Notes: generated by a model not told the origin, from the sequence alone. Positions 9,078-17,859 are shown, counted from the first letter of the stretch. The stretch is DNA of 36,518 bases from Candidatus Saccharibacteria bacterium RIFCSPHIGHO2_12_FULL_49_19 (GCA_001788565.1 MGCX01000010.1:1-36518); one strand, 5' to 3'. Translations and numbers: made by a program.

Positions 9078-10061
9078 TTATCCTGTCCTTTGGTGCCGGT
9101 GATTCATTAACAGGTGGTGGGCGGCCATGGCGATGTGGTTATGGGTCAGCCCAAAATGTTTAAGAAGTTCTTCGGGTTTGCCTGATTCGCCAAAGCGGTC
9201 ACGGACCCCCACCCGGACTAGTGGTGTCGGCAGCTGTTCAGATAAGAGCTCGGCGACTGCACCCCCTAATCCGCCGTTGATCTGGGCTTCCTCAGCTGTT
9301 ACTACCAGCCGGGTTCGTGCTGCGCTATCCAAAATCATATCCGAATCCAGCGGCTTGATTGTTGGCGCATGGATTACCTCGGCGCGTATGTAATCCTTGG
9401 CTAGCATCTGTGCCGCCGCCATAGCCTGGTAGGTCATTGTGCCGGTTGAGACAATGGTGACATCGCTGCCCGGCCGAAAAATAAATGCCTTACCGATAGC
9501 AAAAGGTGTGTTGTCAGTAGTAATCACCGGTGTTGCTTCGCGGGTCAAGCGGATATAGTTGGGTCGCTCATCAGTAGCCATGGCCAAGGTAGCCTTAGCG
9601 GCTTCAACCGAATCAGCCGGCGCCAGCACAACCATATTTGGTAAGGCCCGCATTAGCGCTATGTCCTCAAGCATCTGATGAGTAGCTCCGTCAGCACCGA
9701 CACTGATACCAGCATGGGAGCCGGCAATCTTCACCGGCTGATCATTTAGGCATATTGTGGTACGAATCTGCTCCCAGTTGCGACCCGGACTAAAGGCCGC
9801 GTAGGAGCTGACAAAAGGAATCTTACCCATCGCCGCCAGCCCTGAACCAACGGTCACCAGGTTCTGCTCAGCTACACCGACTTGGATGAAACGTTCCGGA
9901 AAGGCATCGGCGAAGAGATTCATCCTAGTTGATTCCGTTAAATCGGCACACAGTGCTACGACATTCTCATGACGTTTACCAGCTTCCAACAGCCCTTTGC
10001 CGAAACCCAGCCGGATATCCTCTTTATCTAACTCACCTCTGGCAAGATGCATCTCGGTCAC
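9078..10061 (-). CDS. tkt: Transketolase, C-terminal (pyrimidine-binding) subunit
   Basis: ADLTES, GVAEQN, HAGISVGADGATHQ, GGLGGAVAE, DRFGESG; start may be ATG at 10052. Confidence 0.95.
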   Translation of the reverse strand: MTEMHLARGELDKEDIRLGFGKGLLEAGKRHENVVALCADLTESTRMNLFADAFPERFIQVGVAEQNLVTVGSGLAAMGKIPFVSSYAAFSPGRNWEQIRTTICLNDQPVKIAGSHAGISVGADGATHQMLEDIALMRALPNMVVLAPADSVEAAKATLAMATDERPNYIRLTREATPVITTDNTPFAIGKAFIFRPGSDVTIVSTGTMTYQAMAAAQMLAKDYIRAEVIHAPTIKPLDSDMILDSAARTRLVVTAEEAQINGGLGGAVAELLSEQLPTPLVRVGVRDRFGESGKPEELLKHFGLTHNHIAMAAHHLLMNHRHQRTG

Positions 10062-10924
10062 TGGTGTTCACTCCTTATTTTTCCGCCAAGCGTACGCAGC
10101 TCTTTCAAGGCTTTGACAGCTTGTTCATGGTTAGGTGGAGCGCCATGCCAATGGAAGTCATACTCCATAAAATCAACGCCCTTCCCCGGAATGGTATGGG
10201 CAACAATGGCCACCGGGCGCTCGACTATGGCCTTAGCCATGGCACAGGCATCGATTACGGCTTCAATGTCGTTGCCGTCAATTTCCAGTACGTGCCAGCC
10301 AAAGCTTTCCCATTTAGCACTTAGGTCTTCGAGAGGCATCACGATTTCCGTCGGACCTTCGATTTGAATGTTATTGCGATCGATAATAGCTACCAGATTA
10401 TTAAGCTTGTACTTAGAGGCCAGCATAGCCGCCTCCCAACTATTACCTTCATCCAGCTCACCGTCGCTCATTACTACATAAACCCAACGGTGCTGAGCTT
10501 TGTTCATTCGAAGTCCCAGCGCCATTCCGCAGGCTTGACTTAGGCCGCTGCCTAAGGGCCCGCTGGTTGTTTCCATGCCGGGCAAACGCAGCCGCTCCGG
10601 GTGACCTTGCAGGCGTGTGCCAAACTGACGTAGGCTGATAAGTTCTTTTTTATCGAAGTAGCCGGCGTGGGCCATCGTGGCGTAACGGACCGGCACACAG
10701 TGTCCACTGGACAAGACTAAAATATCCCGTTCATCCCAATCAGGATTACCGGGGTCATGCTTTAAGATCTTAAAATAAAGCGCTGTGAATATGTCGGCCA
10801 ACCCTAACGGTCCGGCAGAGTGCCCACTGCCGGCATGTTCCAGCATCTTGATTACATCCATTCGGATATCGTTGGCGATTTTTTCCAGCTCGGCAGTTTT
10901 CAACTGTCTCGGAACTTTACCCAT
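10058..10924 (-). CDS. tkt: Transketolase, N-terminal (TPP-binding) subunit
   Basis: SGHSAG, LQGHP, SGPLGSG, SDGELDEG...N TPP motif, GKGV; TATAAT at 10935-10940. Confidence 0.95.
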   Translation of the reverse strand: MGKVPRQLKTAELEKIANDIRMDVIKMLEHAGSGHSAGPLGLADIFTALYFKILKHDPGNPDWDERDILVLSSGHCVPVRYATMAHAGYFDKKELISLRQFGTRLQGHPERLRLPGMETTSGPLGSGLSQACGMALGLRMNKAQHRWVYVVMSDGELDEGNSWEAAMLASKYKLNNLVAIIDRNNIQIEGPTEIVMPLEDLSAKWESFGWHVLEIDGNDIEAVIDACAMAKAIVERPVAIVAHTIPGKGVDFMEYDFHWHGAPPNHEQAVKALKELRTLGGKIRSEHQ

Positions 10925-10953
10925 TACGCTTAAGATTATACCCAGATTGGTCT

Positions 10954-11610
10954 TCAGTTGGTAGCCAGCGTGTCGGTTGCAGTTTTGGCGAGGTGCCGGA
11001 GATTGTGGATAGTTTGAGCCGGGTCATCAGAGTTTTGGATAAAGCCCCCCACGTTTAAAACATCTACCCCGCCTTTTACCAGGGTCTGGATGTTACGATC
11101 ATTAATACCTCCGTCCCAGCCGATTTCAAGACTAGCCTTAAGCTGCTTTAGATCCCGAACTTTATGAAGCAAGGTCAAGTCAGAGTGGCCACCATAACTG
11201 CCTAAGTTTCCCGAGAAAATCAAAACATGATCAATAAGCTCCAAAGCTGGTTGAATCTTTTCGGGTGGAGTAGCCGGCAGCAAGGCTACCCCCACTTTAA
11301 CATCCGCCTGACGACAGAAATTGACTACTTGATTAAAGGAGCCTTTAGCTTCGGCGTGTACGATGATCAAGTTCGCAGGGTGGGCCAGAACCGTTTTTAC
11401 AGCTGGTAGGGGGTCTTCAAACATCAGATGGAAATCGGCCCTTACACCTACCGGCCACCAGGCCTGTTCGGGCTTAACGGTCGGTGCCTGGGCAAATTTA
11501 CCATCAGTTAAGTCGATCTGAATACGATCGGCCAGGCCGCCGACTCGCTCCATTTCTTCTTGGTAAATGTGCTCATCGGCCGCTAATATCGCCGGGCAAA
11601 CAGCTGCCAT
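10954..11610 (-). CDS. rpe: Ribulose-phosphate 3-epimerase
   Basis: PAILAAD, QIDLTDG, DFHLM, WDGGI, LNVG; ATG 11610 chosen because it sits just after the rpiB stop. Confidence 0.9.
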   Translation of the reverse strand: MAAVCPAILAADEHIYQEEMERVGGLADRIQIDLTDGKFAQAPTVKPEQAWWPVGVRADFHLMFEDPLPAVKTVLAHPANLIIVHAEAKGSFNQVVNFCRQADVKVGVALLPATPPEKIQPALELIDHVLIFSGNLGSYGGHSDLTLLHKVRDLKQLKASLEIGWDGGINDRNIQTLVKGGVDVLNVGGFIQNSDDPAQTIHNLRHLAKTATDTLATN

Positions 11611-11611
11611 T

Positions 11612-12109
11612 CTAGTCTTCTCCGCTATCAATCTTCTTAATCCGTCTCTGGTGTCTTTCTTCGTTTGAAAATGGTGTCTTTAGCCAAAGCTCAATTACCT
11701 GCTTCATTTCTTCCAGTGAAACGAAGCGAGCGGCTAAGCTAAGACCGTTGGAGTCATTATGCTGGCGGCTAAGTCGAACAATCTCATAAGGATCATGACT
11801 GACCCGTCCGCTGGCATCAACAACTTTCTTGGCGATTGAAGGACCGTAAAATACGGCGCAGCGCACCCCGCGCTGTCGGTTAGCGGCTATGGCCTCGCCT
11901 TGACCGCTGCCGCCCAGGATAATTATCCGCTCAACTTCCCCGCTAGCCAGTGCTGAGGCCGCTGGAATAACAAAATCAGGGTAGTCATCGTCCGGTTGAA
12001 AAATTGGTGGACCTAAATTCTGACACTCATGACCCACCTCTTCCAGCCAGGCCTGCAACACTCCAAGATGCTCATACCCGGCGTGATCACTGGCTAAGGC
12101 TATCTTCAT
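11612..12109 (-). CDS. rpiB: Ribose-5-phosphate isomerase B family
   Basis: ASDHAG, DDYPD, GGSGQGEAIAAN, RQHNDSN, RHQRRI. Confidence 0.95.
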   Translation of the reverse strand: MKIALASDHAGYEHLGVLQAWLEEVGHECQNLGPPIFQPDDDYPDFVIPAASALASGEVERIIILGGSGQGEAIAANRQRGVRCAVFYGPSIAKKVVDASGRVSHDPYEIVRLSRQHNDSNGLSLAARFVSLEEMKQVIELWLKTPFSNEERHQRRIKKIDSGED

Positions 12110-12123
12110 TAATGACCCGTTAG

Positions 12124-13644
12124 CTAGAAGTGGCGGAACTTGGATTGGTCATGCTTTTTATTGTTATCATCAGACAGCTCTAGAGAATCCGGCTCCTTTT
12201 TATCATGATCTTCCTCTACGTAAGCGTGCTTCTTTTTGTGGCCTGGGTCATTCTCCCCTCTTTGAGGAGCTGCCAATAACTCCTCGCCGGAGTGGCCGGC
12301 TGTCAGAAGCGACTCTGCTTTTGATATATCCATCGGCTTATCGTCTTTAGGTGACGAACCGTCGATTATAGTGTAGGGCTTGGCGTCAGCCCCCACGCTT
12401 TCGGGTCGGGGCTCAGACTCTTTGGGCGTCGGAGCCGATTTTTCCTCATTGTCGACATCGGCGGCTAGGCCCGGCTGATCGTCGGCTCCGGGGGTATTGC
12501 CAGACTCTTTACCAGATTTATCGGTACTTGGCTTTTCCTTCTCAGAATCAGCAGTAGCCGCGCCTTCTAATCCTTTATGAGCACCTTTGGGACCGTTTTT
12601 GGTATCATTTTCGTCCTTCATTTCGTTCTGATCCGAAGCTAATAACTTTCCGACGTCCGCCGTCAGTTCTATCAAACGATTGGAATACCCCCATTCGTTG
12701 TCATACCAGCCCACGACCTTAACCAGGTCCCCACCGACTACCGCCGTCAATTTCAGATCGACAATCACCGAATGGCTGTTACCGATAAAATCACTGCTGA
12801 CCAGCTCCTCCTCGGTCACATCGACAATACCTTGATAATAGGGGTCAGCGGCAGCTTTTTTTAAGACTTCATTAACTTCTTCAACCGTGGTATTGCGTCT
12901 GATAAGAACCGAAAAGTCACTAAGCGACACCACAGGTGTTGGTACCCGAATGCTCATCCCGCCAAACACCCCCTCTAGGGTGGGCAATGCTTTGGCCGCA
13001 GCAACAGAAGCACCAGTAGTCGTTGGCACGATATTGGTGGCGGCGTTGCGGGCCTCTCGGATATCTTTAGCCGGACCATCCAGCAGTACCTGGCTGGCGG
13101 TGTAGCTATGAATGGTTGTCATCATAGCTTTCTTAATACCAAAATTAGCCTCCAAGATAGCCATGATTGGTGTTATAGAGTTGGTGGTACAGGAAGCGTT
13201 GCTAATCACTTCGCCGGCTTGTTCAACTTTATCTTCGTTAACACCTAGGACTATGGTTTCAGCGCCCTCGCCTTTGGCCGGAGCGCTGATGATGACCTTT
13301 TTTGCACCAGCCTCGATGTGGGCCTTAGCTTTGGCTGGGTCGGTAAATAGACCAGTTGACTCAATTACTATATCTACCCCTAGGTCACGCCACGGCAGTT
13401 TGGTGGGGTCTTTCTCGGATAGGACTTTAATTTTCTGGCCATTGACAATGATATTTTGCTCATCCCAGTCAACGTCGTGTTGGTAAGCCCCGTAGTTGCT
13501 GTCGTGTTTGAGCAGATGAGCCAGGGTCTTGGTATCAGTCAGGTCGTTAACGGCCACGATTTCCAAATCGGGCCGCTCAAAGGCCACCTTAAAGGCATTG
13601 CGGCCGATACGACCGAACCCATTTATGGCGATTTTGGTTTTCAT
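12124..13644 (-). CDS. gap: Type I glyceraldehyde-3-phosphate dehydrogenase with ~170-aa C-terminal extension
   Basis: INGFGRIGR, SNASCTTNS, RVPT, WYDNEWGYS; SD GAGGTG. Confidence 0.97.
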   Translation of the reverse strand: MKTKIAINGFGRIGRNAFKVAFERPDLEIVAVNDLTDTKTLAHLLKHDSNYGAYQHDVDWDEQNIIVNGQKIKVLSEKDPTKLPWRDLGVDIVIESTGLFTDPAKAKAHIEAGAKKVIISAPAKGEGAETIVLGVNEDKVEQAGEVISNASCTTNSITPIMAILEANFGIKKAMMTTIHSYTASQVLLDGPAKDIREARNAATNIVPTTTGASVAAAKALPTLEGVFGGMSIRVPTPVVSLSDFSVLIRRNTTVEEVNEVLKKAAADPYYQGIVDVTEEELVSSDFIGNSHSVIVDLKLTAVVGGDLVKVVGWYDNEWGYSNRLIELTADVGKLLASDQNEMKDENDTKNGPKGAHKGLEGAATADSEKEKPSTDKSGKESGNTPGADDQPGLAADVDNEEKSAPTPKESEPRPESVGADAKPYTIIDGSSPKDDKPMDISKAESLLTAGHSGEELLAAPQRGENDPGHKKKHAYVEEDHDKKEPDSLELSDDNNKKHDQSKFRHF

Positions 13645-13674
13645 AGCCCACCTCGAGTCATAGTCTTTACCTAA

Positions 13675-13703
13675 ATTGTAAGGTTTTATGACCGCGCATT
13701 CAA
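13675..13703 (-). promoter_or_regulatory. Sigma70-type promoter of gap operon
   Basis: TTGAAT-N17-TACAAT. Confidence 0.6.
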
Positions 13704-13711
13704 CAGTTAAG

Positions 13712-14266
13712 TTACAGTAACCTTCTCAAACGGTCTATCGACTCTTGTAAGCCGTGTCCCCCAGGAGCCTTGGTTTGGACAAGAGTGAACCATCTAGCCC
13801 CGTCTATACCTTGGTCTTGGACCTCGCCGAGTTCCTCGCTGGCGGCAACAAAACCATATCGAAAATCGTGATGCCAATGATGCGGTTCTTTCTTTTTAGT
13901 GCTTGGATGGACCGGCCCGGTGATGATATGGATTGGTATGCGCTCGTCATCCGCTATATTTACCCGCCGGGCCAGTTTCACACCAGTCTCTTCGAATGCC
14001 TCGCGCTGAGCTGTTAGCCAAGGTCCGGCTTCGTGGCCGTCCCAGTGACCTCCCGGCTGCTGCCAGTTTCTTGAGTGTAGGTGATAAATAAATAATATCT
14101 TCTTTAAGTCAGGTGACAGGATAACAGCATCACCGGCGATATGCCCCCTAAAGTTGCGCCGGCTAGACAGTTTCTCACCATTTCTAATCTGATCAATTAG
14201 CAGTTCCAGTTTTGCTCTATCTTGCGGAAAAATACTAAGATACTTATCAACAACTTCAGCTAGCAT
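13712..14266 (-). CDS. NUDIX hydrolase
   Basis: GGHWDGHEAGPWLTAQREAFEETG Nudix box; HWHHDFRY. Confidence 0.9.
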   Translation of the reverse strand: MLAEVVDKYLSIFPQDRAKLELLIDQIRNGEKLSSRRNFRGHIAGDAVILSPDLKKILFIYHLHSRNWQQPGGHWDGHEAGPWLTAQREAFEETGVKLARRVNIADDERIPIHIITGPVHPSTKKKEPHHWHHDFRYGFVAASEELGEVQDQGIDGARWFTLVQTKAPGGHGLQESIDRLRRLL

Positions 14267-15074
14267 TATCTTGGGCTTGCTTAGCTAACTCGGGAGCAAC
14301 CTCTTTGACCGCCTCGGACAAGAGCTTGTGAACTTCATCAAAGACGACCGGACTTGTGGCTAATAGATCTGTATTATGAAAATCATAGTGGTCACTACCA
14401 ATATTTGCCGCAGCCCCACCTGCTCCCTCTATCATTAAGGCTCGTGGGGCGTAGTCCCATTCTTTTCCCGGGCTTTTGTAGACCACCAGACCCTCTAGAC
14501 TTCCCTCCAGTATCTCAAGGAAGTCACGGTGCACAGTTATGCCAGCAACCCTCGGTCGAAGTTTCTGATACATTACATAGCCTGCTGGTAAGCGCATGTT
14601 TACACTAAATTCTAACCAAGACCGATGCAGGGGTCGGTCGCTCAGCTTGACTACTTTCCCATTTTTGGTGGTGGGCATACCTCTTTCGGCGATGAACAGA
14701 TCATCTGTAGTAAGCCGGTAAGCTAGTGCATAGACTGGCTGGTCATTGTCTATGAAAGTTAGTATGTTTCTTACCCCCGGTAAACCCCTCACCAAAGCTT
14801 CTGTACCATCTATAGGATCAATCAGCCAATAGCTTTTTGCGCTACCCTCCTTGCCATGTTCTTCTCCCCAAAAACCAACTTTCGAATCATATGCTGAAAG
14901 GACGTCTTTAAGCTTAAGTTCCAGCTCTTTATCTAGGTGCGTCACGATTGACTTATCACTCTTGGTCTCAAATTCTACCTTACCGTGATAGCGCAAAATT
15001 TCCGGCCTAACCTCTTGCAGTAGGTCCATGATAATCTTCTGCGCTCCCCTAAAATAATCAGAAGTAAAGGTCAT
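14256..15074 (-). CDS. Inositol monophosphatase / FIG superfamily phosphatase
   Basis: VTHLD, GEE, WLIDPIDGT, WDYAP..LMIEGAGG. Confidence 0.9.
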   Translation of the reverse strand: MTFTSDYFRGAQKIIMDLLQEVRPEILRYHGKVEFETKSDKSIVTHLDKELELKLKDVLSAYDSKVGFWGEEHGKEGSAKSYWLIDPIDGTEALVRGLPGVRNILTFIDNDQPVYALAYRLTTDDLFIAERGMPTTKNGKVVKLSDRPLHRSWLEFSVNMRLPAGYVMYQKLRPRVAGITVHRDFLEILEGSLEGLVVYKSPGKEWDYAPRALMIEGAGGAAANIGSDHYDFHNTDLLATSPVVFDEVHKLLSEAVKEVAPELAKQAQDNAS

Positions 15075-15601
15075 TGCTGCTTAGCACGAGCAATCGAATC
15101 GGCAACGACTTTCTTGGCTTCCTCAGCACCACCCCAACCTTTGAATTCTACTTCCACACCCTGCCAGTTATTTTTCCAGTCCTTATAGTGCCTATAGAAG
15201 TGCTCGACTTGTTTTTTAAAATGCTCGAGACCGGACAAGTCCTCGGCCCAATCCATGGTGATGTCATCGGCCGGGACGCAAATCAATTTTTCATCACCAC
15301 CATCTTCATCAATCATATAAAGAACCCCGATTGGCCGAGCAGGAACAACCACACCGTGAACAACGCTCTCATGAATGAGCAAGAGTGCATCCAGTGGGTC
15401 GCCATCTTCGCATAAAGTGCCGGGAACATAGCCATAGTCTGCCGGGCATCCCATGGTGGTGGCATTTACTCTATCGAGGGTCAGCCGCCCGGTATTCTTA
15501 TCAAATTCGTACTTGTTCCGCCCACCACCTTTTTGGATCTCAATTATTAGATTAACTTTGTCGGGTGTGCCGGGCCCCACATCTTGGTATGCCACTTCCA
15601 T
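15071..15601 (-). CDS. ppa: Inorganic pyrophosphatase (family I)
   Basis: NKYEFDK, YGYVPGTLCEDGDPLD, DEKL; SD AAGGAG. Confidence 0.96.
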   Translation of the reverse strand: MEVAYQDVGPGTPDKVNLIIEIQKGGGRNKYEFDKNTGRLTLDRVNATTMGCPADYGYVPGTLCEDGDPLDALLLIHESVVHGVVVPARPIGVLYMIDEDGGDEKLICVPADDITMDWAEDLSGLEHFKKQVEHFYRHYKDWKNNWQGVEVEFKGWGGAEEAKKVVADSIARAKQQ

Positions 15602-15624
15602 CCTCTCCTTAACGCTTTGGTTTT

Positions 15625-15634
15625 ATTGTACACT
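15625..15634. promoter_or_regulatory. Overlapping divergent -10 elements (ppa / GDPD)
   Basis: ATTGTACACT = TACAAT on minus (15625-30) and TACACT on plus (15629-34), the latter 7 nt before ATG 15642. Confidence 0.55.
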
Positions 15635-15641
15635 AACTTGG

Positions 15642-16331
15642 ATGATAATTATCGGTCACCGCGGTGCTAAGGGTTTGGCTCCGGAGAACACCTTGGCCGC
15701 TGTAAAAACGGCTCTTAACCTCGGAGTCGACGAGATTGAAATTGATGTCCGGGTAACTAAGGATAGCGTCGTAATTCTCAACCACGATCCGTTCATACCC
15801 GGGCATCTAGGCCAGGAATTCTGGATAACCCATCACACCTACTCTGAGTTAAAGGAACACAAGCCTGATCTTGCTACGCTCGATGAAGTCATTAAGCTGG
15901 TCCGGCGCAAAAAAACGCTATTAGTCGAGGTAAAGCCCGACGTCAACATCGAACCGATAGTCAAATTAGTTAGACAGTATCTAAACAAAGGCTGGAAATC
16001 CAGCGATTTCTTGCTTGGTTCCTTCAGTAAAGAGACTCTGCTGGATCTCAATAGCTCGCTGCCTCAAGTTCAAAAAGTGGTCAATGAGCGGTGGTCCGGT
16101 ATCCGAGCTGTCCGCAGAGCCCGAGCCATCGGGACTAAACGCTTGAGTATGAACCAGCAAGTTTTATGGTCCGGTTATATAAGAATGATGTCGCGCCGCG
16201 GATTTCAAATTTACGCTTACCCGCTTAACGACCCCGGCCGAGCGCGCAAATGGGCCGACAAGGGCTTATTCGGAACAATTACCGATTTCCCTGATCGTTT
16301 TACAAAAGGCCGTCACAAAATTTCAGAGTAG
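15642..16331 (+). CDS. Glycerophosphodiester phosphodiesterase
   Basis: IIGHRGA, PENT, EIDV, HD, EVK, ITDFP; start moved to ATG 15642 to avoid overlapping ppa. Confidence 0.92.
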   Translation: MIIIGHRGAKGLAPENTLAAVKTALNLGVDEIEIDVRVTKDSVVILNHDPFIPGHLGQEFWITHHTYSELKEHKPDLATLDEVIKLVRRKKTLLVEVKPDVNIEPIVKLVRQYLNKGWKSSDFLLGSFSKETLLDLNSSLPQVQKVVNERWSGIRAVRRARAIGTKRLSMNQQVLWSGYIRMMSRRGFQIYAYPLNDPGRARKWADKGLFGTITDFPDRFTKGRHKISE

Positions 16332-17323
16332 CTGCGCCGGTCGGTCTTCATTGATCGGCGGGGTAACTCCAGACGCTTTCGCGCCGGGATTTGATCCAAG
16401 TACTCACGGATGGTCAATGCCGCGGTAGCTCCCTCACCGACCGCACTGGCGATCTGCTCGGTAGCACCGGAACGGACATCTCCGGCGCAGAAGACTCCCA
16501 AAACGTTAGTACCAAGATCCGAATTAGTTTTCACAAAACCCCGCTCATCGAGTTCAACTCCACTGCCGTCCAAGAACTTAGTATTAGGACTTAAGCCCAC
16601 GAAAACAAATACTCCGTCGGTTGGGAACTCGACCTTTTGACCGGTTGTTTTATCAGTGCCGATGACCTTGGTAACTTTGCCGTTTTCACCAACTATTTCA
16701 TCCGTTGCGGTATTAAAGTGCACCGTTATTTTGTCAGTGTGTTTAGCTTTTAGTTCATCCTGTAGTACCTGGCTGGCCCGAAACTCCGGCCCGCGTACCA
16801 GCATGTCTATGTGGCTGGCAAATTTCGTTAAAAACATACCTTCCTGAACCGCGGAGTTGCCTCCACCGACCACCACCAGACGTTTGTCGCGGTAAAAGGC
16901 TCCGTCGCAAGTCGCGCAGTAGTGAACGCCTTTGGCGTAATACTCCATCTCTCCGGTAACACCGATTTTTTTATAGTCATTACCCGTGGCAATCAACACG
17001 GCCCGAGCTTCAATTTCACCGTCGTGAGTTTTTACCAACTTATTATCACCCTTGGAGCCAATTGATAATACTTCATCCAGTTCAATCTTGGCCCCAAAAC
17101 GCTCGGCTTGGGCGCGCATCGCTTCGCTCAACTCCATCCCCGACACTCCCTTGGCAAAACCCGGGTAGTTATCAATCCAATCAGTGACTGCGGCCAACCC
17201 TCCGATGGCGCCTTTTTCAATCAGCAGTGTGTCGATGTCTTCACGTGACGCATAAAGCGCCGCCGAAAGCGCCGCTGGTCCGGCCCCAACAACAACAAGG
17301 TCGCGGACCTTGCTATCTTCCAT
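16313..17323 (-). CDS. trxB: Thioredoxin reductase
   Basis: GAGPA, NYPG, CATCDG, GGGNSA, AGDV; ATG 17323 preferred over the upstream GTG. Confidence 0.95.
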   Translation of the reverse strand: MEDSKVRDLVVVGAGPAALSAALYASREDIDTLLIEKGAIGGLAAVTDWIDNYPGFAKGVSGMELSEAMRAQAERFGAKIELDEVLSIGSKGDNKLVKTHDGEIEARAVLIATGNDYKKIGVTGEMEYYAKGVHYCATCDGAFYRDKRLVVVGGGNSAVQEGMFLTKFASHIDMLVRGPEFRASQVLQDELKAKHTDKITVHFNTATDEIVGENGKVTKVIGTDKTTGQKVEFPTDGVFVFVGLSPNTKFLDGSGVELDERGFVKTNSDLGTNVLGVFCAGDVRSGATEQIASAVGEGATAALTIREYLDQIPARKRLELPRRSMKTDRRSYSEIL

Positions 17324-17372
17324 TTGAATTTTTCCAATCCACAATCAACTATCTATTTTACATATATTCACC

Positions 17373-17484
17373 CCTAGCACCTAGCAACTGTTATTTTTGG
17401 CACCTCGGAAGCACCAAATGTGTTAAAACTAAACATATTTGGTGACCCGCACGTGCCACGAAATAATGGTTGCTAGATGTTAGG
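17373..17484. repeat. 112-nt imperfect inverted repeat (long hairpin)
   Basis: CCTAGCACCTAGCAACTGTTATTT..TGGCAC..CACCAAATGTGTT / AACATATTTGGTG..GTGCCA..AAATAATGGTTGCTAGATGTTAGG. Confidence 0.85.
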
Positions 17485-17728
17485 CGATAGCGGGGGCTAA
17501 CTGGGAAAGGTTATACCCCACAACTACTTTTTTGGTGTCGTCTTGTTTAGTAATCACTGTAATAGGTACGGTCAGCGATCCGCTTAATGACAAGGCCTCG
17601 GCTTGTCGCTCGGGATGCTCCTCCAAGTTTACTATCTCGTAATTTAAACCCTTGCTGTCAAGATAGCGCTTGACCATCCCGCAATAAGAGCAAGTATTAG
17701 TAGTATAGATGGTGATGTTAGTAGCCAC
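17480..17728 (-). CDS. Glutaredoxin / NrdH-redoxin family protein
   Basis: IYTTNTCSYC, TVP, VVGYN; SD GAGGAGG. Confidence 0.92.
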   Translation of the reverse strand: MATNITIYTTNTCSYCGMVKRYLDSKGLNYEIVNLEEHPERQAEALSLSGSLTVPITVITKQDDTKKVVVGYNLSQLAPAIA

Positions 17729-17781
17729 TTATGCACCCTCCTCATAGTTTGTTTTTATGTTTGCTTTGGTGACTAATGCTC

Positions 17782-17811
17782 AGTCTAGCCTAGTGCCATA
17801 GGTAGTGTCAA
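17782..17811 (-). promoter_or_regulatory. Sigma70 promoter of glutaredoxin-trxB
   Basis: TTGACA-N18-TAGACT. Confidence 0.7.
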
Positions 17812-17828
17812 GACCGCTACATATTGTG
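17794..17828. promoter_or_regulatory. Tandem NrdR boxes
   Basis: CGCTACATATTGTG (17815-28) and weaker TGCCATAGGTAGTG (17794-807), 21 bp apart, resembling the NrdR consensus aCwAtATaTwGtg and flanking the -35. Confidence 0.7.
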
Positions 17829-17859
17829 TTTTTAACCCCAGAAATCCACAGCTCAATTA

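Noticed and set aside
15453-15641. N-terminal extension of GDPD in the ORF track (likewise MFS to 30117, DUF2207 to 33313, thioredoxin from 33069)
   Set aside because: Extensions overlap divergent genes; downstream starts fit domain boundaries and promoter or SD signals
17227-17445. 72-aa plus-strand ORF across the trxB start and hairpin
   Set aside because: Antisense to trxB, no initiation signal or recognisable motif
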